Source: Macrostomum lignano
Taxonomy: Eukaryota
NCBI GenBank assembly: GCA_002269645.1
Contig: NIVC01002157.1
Span: forward strand, 124,001-188,000
Direction: 5' to 3'
DNA: 64,000 bases
The notes under the pieces are model-generated. The model searched no databases, was not told the DNA's origin, and saw only the letters and a list, made by a program, of their open reading frames with translations. Positions within the stretch are counted from its first letter, which is position 1; each line of letters opens with the position of its first letter. Of this stretch, positions 46,449 to 60,020 are shown in pieces. The position numbers and the translations under genes are program-made.

Positions 46449-48629
46449 ATCTTGGCCGTTGGGTTCCAAAGCAACCCTGGCGTTATTCCATTCAGATTTA
46501 ATGCCGGATTACTCAGCATTCCATGAAAAAAACAGCTTCTGTCTGACAGCCAGCTACCTCTGCTCTCCGCTTGCGTGAGTGGCAGCGCAGCCGGAATCGC
46601 GGATGTCGCGGCGGCTTCGGGTCGCGCACCTTCTTTTCCTTTCACACCTTTCTCCTTCCCCACCCGGCTTCCTCAACCTGGCCAGCGCATCCGCCTTTTC
46701 TCCCATCCGGCCCCAGCACCACCAGCGTGGAAACAATGGGGGGCGGGGCGGCGGCTTGACACCCGCAAAGGCTGCCACGGCACAATGCGTCCAGATAGAT
46801 TATAGGCGACGGAAAAACTCCCATTTTCCTCTATACCGGCACAAGCTACTGCCAAAACCCGCCGACTGCAGCAACCAGCGGGACCTGCCAGGGAGAATGA
46901 ATGGTTGGGGGAGCGACAAAGAGAAAGGGTGAACTCTCTTTCTCTCTCTCTCTCTCTAGCCAGTCAGCCCAGATGCCTTTCGTCGCCTTTCGTCGCCTCT
47001 CCATCGGTCTCATTTTTGCCGCTGTTCTCTCTAACCAGCCAAGGCCTGATTGTCCTCCCTCTTTCCTCTTGTCTGTTGATTTTTAGCGAGCGTCCTTCCT
47101 CACTCGCATCTCAAACACAGCTGGAATGAGAGGATTAGATTAGCTAAGGTGCGGCAGGTAATTCTCCATGGCTCTCCCTGCCGGTCTCTGTATTGTTGAG
47201 ATGCACAGACACCACACACACAGAATTTTCTGCCTTGAATTTCCCTCAGTTCCCGCCTGCCTCTCACCTCCCGCCTTACCGCTCTTGCGCCGCCGCTGGC
47301 GCTGACTGACAAGGGTGGGGCATGGCTTGGAGCGCGGAGAGGCACTGGAGAGAAACGAGAGAAGCAACCCCCCACTCAGCTTTTGATCTTGCCGACAGCT
47401 GTCAATCAAGCGCAGCAGGCGGGGTTTTGTGTCACGCAGAGGGGGGGACAATGCAGGCAGGCGCTGTCACTCTCTCTCTACCCCCTTCTAAGCCCTCCTA
47501 AGCCCCAAGCGCTGGGGCAGGCAGGGCTTCCAGAAATGCGTTTATCGCCTCTCGAGAGCCAGGATGATTGGCAGGTCGTCCCCCTCTCTCCTTCACTCAA
47601 TCCACTCCAGCGGAGGAGCGGCAGAAGACTTAACAGTAGTTTGCTGTTCTGACGGTATTGACATATGGATGGATTTTGGGGGGGGGGTTGCGGCGGCGGC
47701 GGCGGTTGAATTCGTTTGATGAGGCCCCGATGATGCTGCTTGCCTGAAGAGAATTAAGACCCCCACCCGTCCAACCCAGCCCCGGGGAGGGTTGGCAGGG
47801 TGTTCGCCAAACTGGAGCAAATCTGCCTATTAATGCTCTTTAATACAGGTAAGGAGACAAGAAGATCTCTGCTTCTGGAACTGTCTGGGGCCTGCACGCA
47901 CACGCCTCGAACTGGGGAAGGGCCCATGGTCCAATGCCAGTTGCCCACTGTAATTGCTAAGCTTACTAAGCCAGGTCTTTTCCCATTGGTCGAGGTGGGC
48001 TTCAACTGACACCGCCTCCCCCCCCTAGCCCCTGTCACGGAGAATTATATTGAAAAGGCTAGGTGGAGAAGGAAGGAGGTTAAGACTAGGATTGACACGG
48101 AGATCCCTTTGCTTAAACTATATACTGGACTCTCGCGAATTCTGCAGTCAGACAGTGCCATCAGGCGAGATTTAATCAATTAATTCAATGTCAGCCGCCA
48201 CAGCGTCTAATGCGAACTCGAGTGCAGCGACGAAGAGCAAGTCGAGCTCGGCGGGAAAAGGCAGCAGCAGCGCAGTCAGTACCTTCATCCGGACTTCTTG
48301 GAGGCCCCCAGTTGCTTGGTGAGTCCAAATCCACCTAATTTGGTCTGCCCAAGAATAGCTCGTACAAGAGAAATTGAGACATGGCACTTAGAGGCCCTTA
48401 TTCCAAAATCAGCTTGGTGGACTTAAGGAATCGTGAGCTATAGCCCAAATAGAATGCAGTTTAAACCAAATTAGTTGCTGGTTTTCTGCACGTCTATAGC
48501 AATTAGCAAACCAAGTCTGGCAAAAAGGTATACTTGGCACAGAAATCAATAATAGCCTTTTAGCTATAGAGATATGGACATTATTAGCGGCCGGGCTGCA
48601 GTCGTCATGAAGAGCTTAGCACTTTTGTG

Positions 48630-49220
48630 CTATGGTCCAACTTGTAGCCAGAGTTAATGTTGAATCGATGTGTCTATGGTCCAAACTTGTAGCCAGAGTT
48701 AATCGTTGAATCGATGTGTCTATGGTCCAACTTGTAGCCAGAGTTAATCGTTGAATCGATGTGTCTATGGTCCAACTTGTAGCCAGAGTTAATCGTTGAA
48801 TCGATGTGTCTATGGTCCAACTTGTAGCCAGAGTTGATCGTTGAATCGATGTGTCTATGGTCAACTTGTAGCCAGAGTTGATCGTTGAATCGATGTGTCT
48901 ATGGTCCAACTTGTAGCCAGAGTTAATCATTGAATCGATGTGTCTATGGTCCAACTTGTAGCCAGAGTTAATCGTTGAATCGATGTGTCTATGGTCCAAC
49001 TTGTAGCCAGAGTTAATCGTTGAATCGATGTGTCTATGGTCCAACTTGTAGCCAGAGTTAATCGTTGAATCGATGTGTCTATGGTCCAACTTGTAGCCAG
49101 AGTTAATCGTTGAATCGATGTTTCTATAGTCCAACTTGTAGCCAGAGTTAATCGTTGAATCGATGTGTCTATGGTCCAACTTGTAGCCAGAGTTGATCGT
49201 TGAATCGATGTGTCTATGGT
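48630..49220. repeat. 45-bp minisatellite (GTCCAACTTGTAGCCAGAGTTAATCGTTGAATCGATGTGTCTATG)
   Basis: Direct inspection. Confidence 0.96.
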
Positions 49221-50859
49221 CCTCGGAGCCAGCCATAGACACAGCGGGGAGACCTAGAGTGGCTGAGGCTGACTAAAGCAGTTAAGACCGGGCCAGGGCT
49301 GACAAACGCAGGCGAGCAATGAGACTGACAGCTCGTGCTGGTTATTCTCGGCCCAAAAGGAGATGAGGGAGAGGAAGAGAGAAGGAGAAAAAAATCCTTT
49401 AAAAAATGTCACTCCTCGTGAGAATGACAGATCCGCCTGTGCCCGTCCGTCAGTCAGTCAGTTTGCCTGTCTGTCTGTCTGTCTGTCTGTTTGCAGGAGT
49501 TTGCGAAGACGAAGGTGCGACGCCCCTGCCTGTGGGTAAACACGCAGCGCTTGGGCAAATGTGGAAGGATGAAGGAGAGTCAGGAGGCTGATGTTGGGAA
49601 CCTTGGAGATGGAAGTGTGTGCAGGATGGTCTACCCCCACCCCAGACCCGCCAGAGCAATGATTGACACCTTTCCCGTCATACAGTCCCAAGTCCTGGTG
49701 ACGGAATTTCGCTAATAGCTGATTAAGCGGCCCAGCCAGGTGTCACAGGGGCTGCCTGCCTGTCCGCCCTGTCTGTCTGTCTGTCTTTCTTTTCCTTTTG
49801 CGCCTGTCCTTCAGCAGAACCGATCGACTCGACATCTCCATGCAGCTATAGCCATCACTCTTCTGCGGGTTTCTGCCGCTCCAATAACACAGCACAAGAG
49901 CGTTGCGTAACTAGACTTTCTAGTTATGGGAGTCTGGGGGCGGATGGACTGTGGATGAAGAATAACAAACCCATCACGGCCCTTCAGTCTTGACTGTGTT
50001 GTTCTAACAAATTATACAATTAAAACAGCAAAAAATTGATTTTCCTAATTCAAAATAATTCAATACGACTCGGTTGCCATGGGCTTTAGCGGACTAAGAC
50101 TGCACCACGGAGTCTGGGGGGGGGGCATTATTGATTGGCCGGCAATGTCAAAAGACAAGGCATTAATCATACAAGTATGAGAGAGAGAGAGGGGTTCTCC
50201 ATCTGAAAAGATAGATGATGGCCCGGCCAGCACCAGCATCAGTCAATGCGGTCATTTATATTGGCAATTCCTCATTAGCCCAGCCTACTACAGATCCTAA
50301 ATCCTTATAGTCAATGAATGAACTCAACTTACTCAACAGGTACAGTATAGGGAGGCCTATTCAGCCAGAATGAATATCTGAGCCTTGAGCTGACAGGCCT
50401 GCAGGCCCCGCCATCTCCCCCCTTCGGTCCCTATCAATCAATCGGTCCCCAGGTCCACAATAACCCCCCCCCCCCCAGTCACTCCCGAGCAGCGATATAA
50501 ATAATGGGAGCATGATTGAGAAAGCCGTGTCAGTGGGGGGAGGCAAGCCCAACTTTTGCGTCGTGCATGACGTGCATGAGGGGGAGGCAGGGAGGGGGCC
50601 CCGACCCCTCCGGCTTTGATTTATCGCTGCCCGCCTCCCCGACTCAAGCCGTCATGAGCTCTGATGAATGAGGTCTCCCAGCCTCCGCTTCTGGACTGGA
50701 CTTTGCGACCTCAGCCTTATTTTAGCGACTAGGGATTTGGGAAATGATCCGCGTTGAAAGCCTGAAGCGGTTTAGTCTGCCAAGTTAGAAATTGTTCACT
50801 TCCCTTGGTAGCTAGCAACATCTAGAACAGGGTTATCTTCTCTGCTCTAGTGAAACAGG

Positions 50860-51260
50860 GGTCCTTTGAAACTTCACAATAGCAATACCAAGTTTTTTGT
50901 CTCTTCTCAGCTCTCTTCTCTCCTCTCTCTTCTCTCCTCTCTCCTCTCTTCTCTCTTCTCTCTCCTATTTCCCGTCTCCTCTCTCCTCTCTCTTCTCTTC
51001 TCTCTATTCTCTCTTCTCTCCTCTCTATTCTCTCTTCTCTCCTCTCTATTCTCTCTTCTCTCCTCTCTATTCTCTCTTCTCTCCTCTCTCCTATCTCCGT
51101 CTCCTCTCTCCTCTCATCTCATCTCTCCTCTCCCTTTATCTCTCATCCCATCACTCATCTAGTCTTTCCTCTCATCTCTTCTCTATTCGCTCCTTTTCTC
51201 TCTGTCATCTGGCCCGCAGCCATGAGCTGTATTCTTTATCCGGCCCTTTGAGGTAAAAAA
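50860..51260 (+). repeat. Bipartite CT-rich dispersed repeat, copy with both head and tail
   Basis: Head GGTCCTTTGAAACTTCACAATAGCAAT, CT-rich body, tail GGCCCGCAGCCATGAGCTGTATTCTTTATCCGGCCCTTTGAGGT. Confidence 0.7.
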
Positions 51261-51618
51261 AAATTCCGACCCCTTGATCTCTACTTTCAATTTGATTTTT
51301 CTGCCTTTAACAAAAGCAGCAACTCTTCTGTCTCTTCACATTGTGGAAACGCGGCGCCGTCTGTTCCGCTGCAAATTGGGGGGGGGGGGGTTAAAGTGGC
51401 GAAAGAGGAAGATTGGTTTCTATTCCTGTGTCCGACTTCTGCAGTGCCTCCTCACCACTCTCAGTGTGCGCGGCCACTTGAGAGCAGCGGCCGGGTCCTC
51501 GAGAAAAGTGAAATAAATTTCTCTAGCCAAACTCCAGAACTGGGCAGAGCTGAGAACGGCGGGGAAAATGAAAGAAACAAATTGATTGATTATTGTTATT
51601 ATTACAATACTATTACAG

Positions 51619-52773
51619 ACCGACCCAAAGCAGAGTCCGCTCGCTCTGCTGGTGAAGACCTGCGACAGCATCGGCTCGGGCTCAGAGCATCACTCGGCTG
51701 CAACAACTGGCGCCAGCAGCGGCGCCTCCCGCTCCGCCAGCCGTCGCTCCGCTGGAAGCCGGCCGCCGTCGGCGACCAACGCAGTCGATGCCGGAGCCCC
51801 GCCACCGCTGAAGCGGCCCGCCAGTCCCGCCAGCCGCGGCGGCTTCGGGCAGCCTCGCCCGGCTAAGCAGCGCTCGCCGCAGTCGCCGCCACCGCCGCTG
51901 CCGCCGCCGCCGCCTCCGCCCCAATCGAATCCGTTGAAGTCAGCTGAGTCGCCGACTTCGGCTTCATCGGCTGCGGCGATCGCGGCGGCGATGGCGGCTG
52001 CCGCAGCTGCAGTTGCTGGAGGCGGCCCGCACCAGCAGCAGCAACAGCAGCATGCCTCTCCGCCGCTCTCCTATCCGCCGATGTTCCCGCCTTTCCACCA
52101 TCATCAGCCGCATCATCAGCAGCATCTGGCCACCTGGGGACTCGGCGCTGTGCCCGAAGGCCACTCGGCCGCCGTCTGCACCTGTCCGCACTGCGTCCAC
52201 GCCCGGGCCCTGGTGGACTATCTCTACGCCTCGGCGGCGGCGGCCGCGGCAGCCTCAGCTGCGGCCGAAACCAGCACCGCGTTAACGACGACCAGCACCA
52301 GCAGCAGCAGCAGCTCCGGTCAGCAGCAGCAGCGCCGCCAGCATTCGTCCCCGGCGCCGCAGACTCCCCAGGCCGAGTTCTGCATCTTCTGCGGCCGGCA
52401 CTGCCCGACCCCCGAGCAGCTGGTGCGGCACATGCGCTCGCACGAGTCGTCCTCGTTTGCGACGTCGGTTGCGTCGGCGCCGCCAGCAGCTCCGCAGCTC
52501 AGCCCGTTCAGCGGGCCGCCGTCTCCGCCACAGATGCCGACTTTGCCAACTTCGTCGTCGCATCATAACGCGACGCTGGCTTACGCGGCCGCTGCCGCCG
52601 CCGCCGCAGCAATGCAGCAGCCGCATCAGCAGCACCAGCAGCTGGAGTCGATGCGCAAGTGGGCGGCAGCGGCGGCGGCGGCAGCGGCGCCCCTGGATCA
52701 GCGCTACCAGCCCTACCGCAGCCTTCTCGGCCGCCTGCAGTTCCCTCATTTCGGGGCGGCGCCCCTGGTCTGA
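51619..52773 (+). CDS. NET-family (Noc/Elbow/Tlp-1, ZNF503/703-like) zinc-finger transcriptional regulator, main exon
   Basis: Sp motif QSPLALLVKTCDSIG right after acceptor attacAG (51618); Cys motif CTCPHC; single C2H2 finger CIFCGRHCPTPEQLVRHMRSH; C-terminal RYQPY; Ala/Pro/Gln runs. Upstream exon not identified. Confidence 0.82.
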   Translation, partial: TDPKQSPLALLVKTCDSIGSGSEHHSAATTGASSGASRSASRRSAGSRPPSATNAVDAGAPPPLKRPASPASRGGFGQPRPAKQRSPQSPPPPLPPPPPPPQSNPLKSAESPTSASSAAAIAAAMAAAAAAVAGGGPHQQQQQQHASPPLSYPPMFPPFHHHQPHHQQHLATWGLGAVPEGHSAAVCTCPHCVHARALVDYLYASAAAAAAASAAAETSTALTTTSTSSSSSSGQQQQRRQHSSPAPQTPQAEFCIFCGRHCPTPEQLVRHMRSHESSSFATSVASAPPAAPQLSPFSGPPSPPQMPTLPTSSSHHNATLAYAAAAAAAAAMQQPHQQHQQLESMRKWAAAAAAAAAPLDQRYQPYRSLLGRLQFPHFGAAPLV

Positions 52774-53514
52774 CTGGCTCAAGCAGACTGACAGATAAAC
52801 AATTGCACCTCTCAATTCTCGACTAAACTCTCTCGCTTCCCATTGGCCTCCGCTTCATGAACATCGTGTAATTACGCGTATTATTAGCGATATTCGGCCT
52901 GCATAGCAACGCTCTGCATACTTATAGTATCGATTCGTCCCTGTATTCCTCGCGCTTGGTTCTTGATGTACACACAGCAACAGTAGCAGCAGAACTATAG
53001 AATGCGCTGTACTTGCTATAAGCTGAGTAAATTATAATAATAGTAGCAGATTACTTATTTTGCATTAAGTCGGTCGATATTTTATATCTATGTATATGTA
53101 CAGTATGTATGTATATATAATCATATAATCCTCTTCTTCAACCTCAAGAATAATAGGTTAAATAAAGAGGCAAGTCAAGCAAAAAGTGCCAATCAACACT
53201 GCTAAATTGTTATATTTACAACCCTGCTGTCCTGACTAATGCAGCTTTGTCAGCTCTGTTTCAAATTAAATAATTAGGTGATCAAAATAATCCAACTTGT
53301 GCTAAAGAATACCACGTTGGCTTGTTCTGTAATAACATTATGCAATATATAAACCTTCATACATTATAAAAAGTAAATATAAATATTTCATACAGTATGC
53401 AACTATCTCAGCGCTGAGATAAAAACTGCTAATGTGATCCATTACGTACCTATTCATCGGTTGCCTTGTTATCCGATTGTTTTTTCTCTAAGAAACAGGT
53501 AGGGAAAATATGTC

Positions 53515-54245
53515 AAGAGAGTGACAGTTGCAGATAAGAGAGTGACAGTTGCAGATAAGAGAGTGACAGTTGCAGATAAGAGAGTGACAATAATAGATAA
53601 GAGAGTGACAGTTGTAGATAAGAGAGTGACAGTTGTAGATAAGAGAGTGAAAATAATAGATAAGAGAGTGACAGTTGCAGATAAGAGAGTGACAGTTGTA
53701 GATAAGAGAGTGACAGTTGCAGATAAGAGAGTGACAGTTGTAGATAAGAGAGTGACAGTTGCAGATAAGAGAGTGACAGTTGCAGATAAGAGAGTGACAG
53801 TTGCAGATAAGAGAGTGACAGTTGTAGATAAGAGAGTGACAGTTGCAGATAAGAGGGTGACAGTTGTAGATAAGAGAGTGACAGTTGCAGATAAGAGAGT
53901 GACAGTTGCAGACAGGAGAGTGACAGTTGTAGATAAGAGAGTGACAGTTGCAGATAAGAGAGTGACAGTTGTAGATAAGAGAGTGACAGTTGCAGATAAG
54001 AGAGTGACAGTTGTAGATAAGAGAGTGACAGTTGCAGACAAGAGAGTGACAGTTGTAGATAAGAGAGTGACAGTTGCAGATAAGCGAGTGACAGTTGTAG
54101 ATAAGAGAGTGACAGTTGCAGATAAGCGAGTGACAGTTGTAGATAAGAGAGTGACAGTTGCAGATAAGAGAGTGACAGTTGCAGACAAGAGAGTGACAGT
54201 TGCAGATAAGAGAGTGACAGTTGCAGACAAGAGAGTGACAGTTGA
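53515..54245. repeat. 21-bp minisatellite (GAGAGTGACAGTTG[C/T]AGATAA)
   Basis: Direct inspection. Confidence 0.96.
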
Positions 54246-54819
54246 GCATTATAGAAAAGACAAGCAAGATATTTAAACAATTATAAACACTTGCTCTCGA
54301 ATCGCTCAAATTCAATCAGATTAAGAGAATCAGATTCTCTTAGATTCTGATTCAGAATCAGAATCGGATTAACAGTATTTTGTTACCTGTAATTGCATGG
54401 TTGCTTAGAAAATATGCAACTTTATTTAGAAAAGAGAGAAAGCAAAAAGCAAAGCTAAAGTTTAGGCCAGCAGACTTTCCCACGGGTCTGTCGGTTTTGT
54501 CGGCAAAGATCAAAAGAAACGCTAAGCTCAGTACGAGTAGGAGTAAACTATATAATCCAACCCTTGTTTACCCGTTTCGCTAAGCATTTTATGGAGAATT
54601 TGAAAGAAAAATTTCGGGAAATGAGCGACTTAGCGGGCACTGCTAGGACTGGCTGACAGACAGACAGGCAACCTGCTAACCTGCGGTTAGAACTGTAAAC
54701 TGAATGCTGATTGACTGACACTGAGAGTCAGGCAGATAGAATATGCAAATTGGGAGTGTTATAAAAGTAGTGGCAAATAACTTAATGCGATAGGAAGATT
54801 AAGCTGAGAGTAAGGTGAT

Positions 54820-55510
54820 GCAGTTGAGAGAATCAGAGAAGGAAATAGGAAGAGTCAGGATTAAGCTGAGAGTCAGGGGATGAGATTAAGGTGAGAGTCA
54901 GAAGATGAGATTATGCTCAGAATCAGAGAATGAGACAAGCTGAGAGTCAGATGATGAGACAAGCTGAGAGTCAGAGGATGAGATTAGAAGAGTCAGGAGA
55001 ATTAGCTGGGAGTCAGAGGATGAGATTAGAAGAGTCAGGAGAATTAGCTGGGAGTCAGAGGATGAGATTAGAAAAGTCAGGAGAATTAGCTGGGAGTCAG
55101 AGGATGAGATTAGAAGAGTCAGGAGAATTAGCTGGGAGTCAGAGGATGAGATTAGAAGAGTCAGGAGAATTAGCTGGGAGTCAGAGGATGAGATTAGAAG
55201 AGTCAGGAGAATTAGCTGGGAGTCAGAGAATGAGATTAGAAGAGTCAGGAGAATTAGCTGGGAGTCAGAGAATGAGATTAGAAGAGTCAGGAGAATTAGC
55301 TGGGAGTCAGAGGATGCAGTTGAGAGAATCAAAGAAGGAAATAAAGAGTCAGAGGATGAGATTAAGCTGAGAGTTAGAGGATGAGATTAAGCTAAGAGTC
55401 AGATGATGAGATTAAGCTGAGAGTCAGACGATGAGATTAAGCTAAGAGTCAGAGGATGAGAATAAGCTGAGAGTCAGAGGATGAGACAAGCCGAGAGTCA
55501 GAGGAGAGAT
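54820..55510. repeat. 45-bp minisatellite flanked by related 21-22-bp units (GAGTCAGAGGATGAGATTA...)
   Basis: Direct inspection. Confidence 0.92.
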
Positions 55511-55957
55511 AGTGAAAGCCGGATATAGGAAGGGCGACTAGCTGATGCAGTCAGTCAGTTAATCCTTTATCATTTCCGGCGCCCACAGTCAGCAGTCGCA
55601 GTTTGTAGCGACAGTTCTGTCGGGTTTAGCTCGGTGGCCGGCATCTTCTGATCAAGAGGAGAAGCAGAGAGAGAAACTGATTGATTGATTGATTGATTGA
55701 TTGATGACCCGGTATGCGGCCGCGGCACCTTGTGGAAATCCAAATCGACGGACAGACGGAATTGACGAGGCAAGAAAAATGGGTATAGGAGAGGTGAAGA
55801 ATGAACGAGCTGCAATCCTTGCGCCCCGGTTTTTTCTTTTAGTCCTTCTTCTTCTGCTTCTTCTTCTTGGCCGTTGAGTTCAAGGAGTTCGAAGACATGG
55901 AAAATCTGGTAAAAGAAACTGCCTGGTGACTTTTTGATTCTGATATCCTGATAACGG

Positions 55958-56585
55958 CATGGCACTCCCCGGTATGGCACTCCCCGGCATGGCACTTCCC
56001 GGTATGGCACTCCTCGGTATGGCACTCCCCGGTATGGCACTCCTCGGTATGGCACTCCCCGGTATGGCACTCCCCGGTATGGCACTCCCCGGTATGGCAC
56101 TCCCCGGTATGGCACTCCCCGGTATGGCACTCCCCGGTATGGCACTCCCCGGTATGGCACTCCTCGGCATGGCACTTCCCGGCATGGCACTCCCCGGTAT
56201 GGCACTTCCCGGTATGGCACTCCCCGGTAGGCACTCCCCGGTATAGCACTCCCCGGTATGGCACTTCCCGGTATGGCACTCCCCGGTATAGCACTCCCCG
56301 GCATGGCACTCCCCGGCATGGCACTCCCCGGCATGGCACTCCCCGGTATGGCACTCCCCGGCATGGCACTTCCCGGTATGGCACTCCCCGGTATGGCACT
56401 CCCCGGTATGGCACTCCCCGGTATGGCACTCCCCGGTATGGCACTCCCCGGTATGGCACTCCCCGGTATGGCACTCCCCGGTATGGCACTCCCCGGTATG
56501 GCACTCCTCGGCATGGCACTTCCCGGCATGGCACTCCCCGGTATGGCACTCCCCGGTATGGCACTCCCCGGTATGGCACTCCTTG
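55958..56585. repeat. 15-bp minisatellite (GGCACTCCCCGGTAT)
   Basis: Direct inspection. Confidence 0.96.
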
Positions 56586-56869
56586 ACTCTCTTTAATCGC
56601 ACTCCAGACCCTGTATCCATAGAATTCCATGACAATGGCGCGATCTCCTTGACCAATTATCGTCAGCCGGGCAGTCGGTCGGGCTTTGATAAATCGAGCA
56701 ATGCCGATTGCTCGAGGCTGCGGCGATGATGAAGGAGACTGGATTAGGGCGTGGTATGTTCAGACCTGCATGGCTTTTAAGATGGATTCCCTTTCCTGCC
56801 TGAATAGACAGCCTGCTGCAGATGCGGATCTCAGATTTCGAAAATTCCCAATTTTCGACTCCGAAACCC

Positions 56870-57645
56870 CAGCTATTCGAATCCGAAAATCCCAACTACC
56901 AAATCCGAAATCCCAATAAATTTAATTCAAAATCCCCAATAAACCGAATCCAAAATCCCAACTATTCGAATCCGAAATCCCAACTATTCGAATCCGAAAT
57001 CCCAACTATTCGAATCCGAAATCCCAACTATTCGAATCCGAAATCCCAACTATTCGAATCCAAAATTCCAACTATTCGAATCTGAAATTCCAAATATTCG
57101 AATCTGAAATTCCAATTATTCGAATCCGAAATCCCAACTATTCGAATCTGAAATTCCAAATATTCGAATCCGAAATCCCAACTATTCGAATCCGAAATCC
57201 CAACTATTCGAATCTGAAATTCCAAATATTCGAATCCGAAATCCCAACTATTCGAATCCAAAATTCCAACTATTCGAATCTGAAATTCCAAATATTCGAA
57301 TCCGAAATCCCAACTATTCGAATCCAAAATTCCAACTATTCGAATCTGAAATTCCAAATATTCGAATCCGAAATCCCAACTATTCGAATCCGAAATCCCA
57401 ACTATTCGAATCCGAAATCCCAACTATTCGAATCTGAAATTCCAAATATTCGAATCTGAAATTCCAATTATTCGAATCCGAAATCCCAACTATTCGAATC
57501 CGAAATCCCAACTATTCGAATCTGAAATTCCAAATTCGAATTCCCTATTCGAATCCAAAATTCCAACTATTCGAATCCAAAATTCCAACTATTCGAATCT
57601 GAAATCCCAACTATTCGTATCCGAAATCCCAATTATTCGAATTAT
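56870..57645. repeat. 22-bp minisatellite (ACTATTCGAATCCGAAATCCCA)
   Basis: Direct inspection. Confidence 0.95.
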
Positions 57646-58474
57646 TCTAGGATAAAAGTAAAGTCACAGTGGGTAGGCTTACTAACTGCTCACAGGGTCA
57701 GTGAACCCGACTGTCGGGCACATTGTCAGGCAGTTTTACACAGCCATGTGACGCCACTAATCAGCAGCGACAATAAATCTATAAATTCGCTGGAATTAAA
57801 TTGAAATCCAAGATAAGTCAGTCTACCCCATACCGCCCTCGCACTCCAGTCGGTGGAGCAATACGCTCATAAATCATCCGAACTGGCAGTGCGACCCCCC
57901 CCGCAATAATTAATCTGCAGCTACCAAATATTTCTTCGCGCTGCTCTCGCGACTGGCGAGGCAATAAACTTTCTTTCCCGAAATTCTTTGGCCGCGTCAA
58001 AAAAACTGTATCGGCTTTCACTGACAAGCGGCGGCCTCGCGCGCGCCCAAAAAGAGGAAAAATTCCCCCTGTCAATGTTGTGTTTTGGATTGTTACATAT
58101 CTCTTCTTGGTCTCTGTGACTGCCTGCCTGTCTGCCTGTCTTTGCAGCAGGGCAGGGTGGGGTTCAGGAGAGGAAAGCGACAAGGACGCAGACAGGGAAA
58201 TGATTAACGGGACGGGTCTCCCCAGCTTCATTTTAGCTTCCAAATTGTGGCCACTCCATCAAACAGAGCCTGAGCCGTTTGACCGATTGAGGCTGGGATG
58301 TGGCTCGAGCTGCAGTTTTACCCAGCGACTCGGCCATTTGTGTAGATGCAGTCTCCCTGAGCTAGCGGCCGCTGTGTGCGTGACAGTCACTACTCTGTCG
58401 CTTGTACTTTCTATACATGTGGTGAGCCAGGCAGTCTTCCCTGACGCCCAGGTAGTCTTCCCTGATGCCCCGCT

Positions 58475-60020
58475 AGCCTCTCTTGGCGCCCCACAGCCTC
58501 TCTTGGCGCCCCACAGCCTCTCCTAGCGCCACGCAGCCTCTCTTGGCACCCCGCAGTCTCTCCTAGTGCCCCACAGCCTCTCCTAGCACCACACAGCCTC
58601 TCCTAGCGCCCCGCAGCCTCTCTTGGCGCCTCGCAGCCTCTCTTGGCGCCCCACAGCCTCTCTTGGCGCCACGCAGCCTCTCTTGGCGCCCCGCAGTCTC
58701 TCCTAGTGCCCCACAGCCTCTCTTGGCACCCCGCAGTCTCTCCTAGTGCCCCACAGCCTCTCCTAGCGCCACGCAGCCTCTCCTAGCGCCCCGCAGCCTC
58801 TCTTGGCGCCTCGCAGCCTCTCTTGGCGCCCCACAGTCTCTCTTGGCGCCCGCAGCCTCTCTTGGCGCCCCACAGCCTCTCTTGGCGCCCCGCAGTCTCT
58901 CTTGGCGCCCCACAGCCTCTCTTGGCGCCCCACAGCCTCTCTTGGCGCCCCACAGCCTCTCTTGGCGCCACGCAGCCTCTCTTGGCGCCCCGCAGTCTCT
59001 CCTAGTGCCCGACAGTCTCTCCTAGCGCCACGCAGCCTCTCCTAGCGCCGCACAGCCTATCCTAGCGCCCCACAGCCTCTCTTGGCGCCCCACAGCCTCT
59101 CTTGGCGCCCCGCAGCCTCTCTTGGCGCCTCGCAGCCTCTCTTGGCGCCCCACAGCCTCTCTTGGCGCCCCACAGCCTCTCTTGGCGCCCCACAGCCTCT
59201 CCTAGCGCCACGCAGTCTCTCTTGGCGCCCCACAGCCTCTCTTGGCGCCCCACAGCCTCTCTTGGCGCCCCACAGCCTCTCTTGGCGCCACGCAGCCTCT
59301 CTTGGCGCCCCGCAGTCTCTCCTAGTGCCCCACAGCCTCTCCTAGTGCCACGCAGCCTCTCCTAGTGCCCCACAGCCTCTCCTAGCGCCACGCAGCCTCT
59401 CTTGGCGCCCCGCAGTCTCTCCTAGTGCCCCACAGCCTCTCCTAGCGCCACGCAGCCTCTCCTAGTGCCCCACAGCCTCTCCTAGCGCCACGCAGCCTCT
59501 CCTAGCGCCCCGCAGCCTCTCGTGGCGCCCCACAGCCTCTCTTGGCGCCCCACAGCCTCTCTTGGCGCCCCACAGCCTCTCTTGGCGCCACGCAGCCTCT
59601 CTTGGCGCCCCGCAGCCTCTCTTGGCGCCCCACAGCCTCTCTTGGCGCCCCGCAGCCTCTCTTGGCGCCTCGCAGCCTCTCTTGGCGCCTCGCAGCCTCT
59701 CTTGGCGCCCCACAGCCTCTCTTGGCGCCCCACAGTCTCTCTTGGCGCCCCACAACCTCTCCTAGCGCCGCACAGCCTCTCCTAGCGCCCCGCAGCCTCT
59801 CCTAGCGCCACGCAGCCTCTCCTAGCGCCCCACAGCCTCTCCTAGCGCCACGCAGCCTCTCCTAGCGCCCCACAGCCTCTCCTAGCGCCGCACAGCCTCT
59901 CCTAGCGCCACGCAGCCTCTCCTAGCGCCCCACAGCCTCTCCTAGCGCCGCACAGCCTCTCCTAGCGCCACGCAGCCTCTCCTAGCACCCCACAGCCTCT
60001 CCCGGCGCCGCACAGCCTCC
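58475..60020. repeat. 20-bp minisatellite (CTCTTGGCGCCCCACAGCCT), about 75 copies
   Basis: Direct inspection. Confidence 0.97.

Noticed and set aside
46500-46580. Candidate first exon of the NET gene ending at GTGAGT (46575)
   Set aside because: The phase-0 frame has no ATG after an upstream stop unless an A-run error is assumed; too speculative.
39135-49220. Regular 24-45-bp repeats that superficially resemble CRISPR arrays
   Set aside because: Head-to-tail units with no unique spacers, no cas genes, eukaryotic context.
55705-55915. Possible minus-strand exon (IFHVFELLELNGQEEE...DLDFHK) with AG/GT borders
   Set aside because: No recognisable domain, no partner exon found, and competing frames; needs RNA evidence.
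33085-59805. Long repetitive ORFs (MSACGAK, CHSLIYN, VTVADKR, GSAIP, SLSWRP and similar)
   Set aside because: They coincide exactly with tandem arrays, are open in several frames and strands, and lack splice or domain support.
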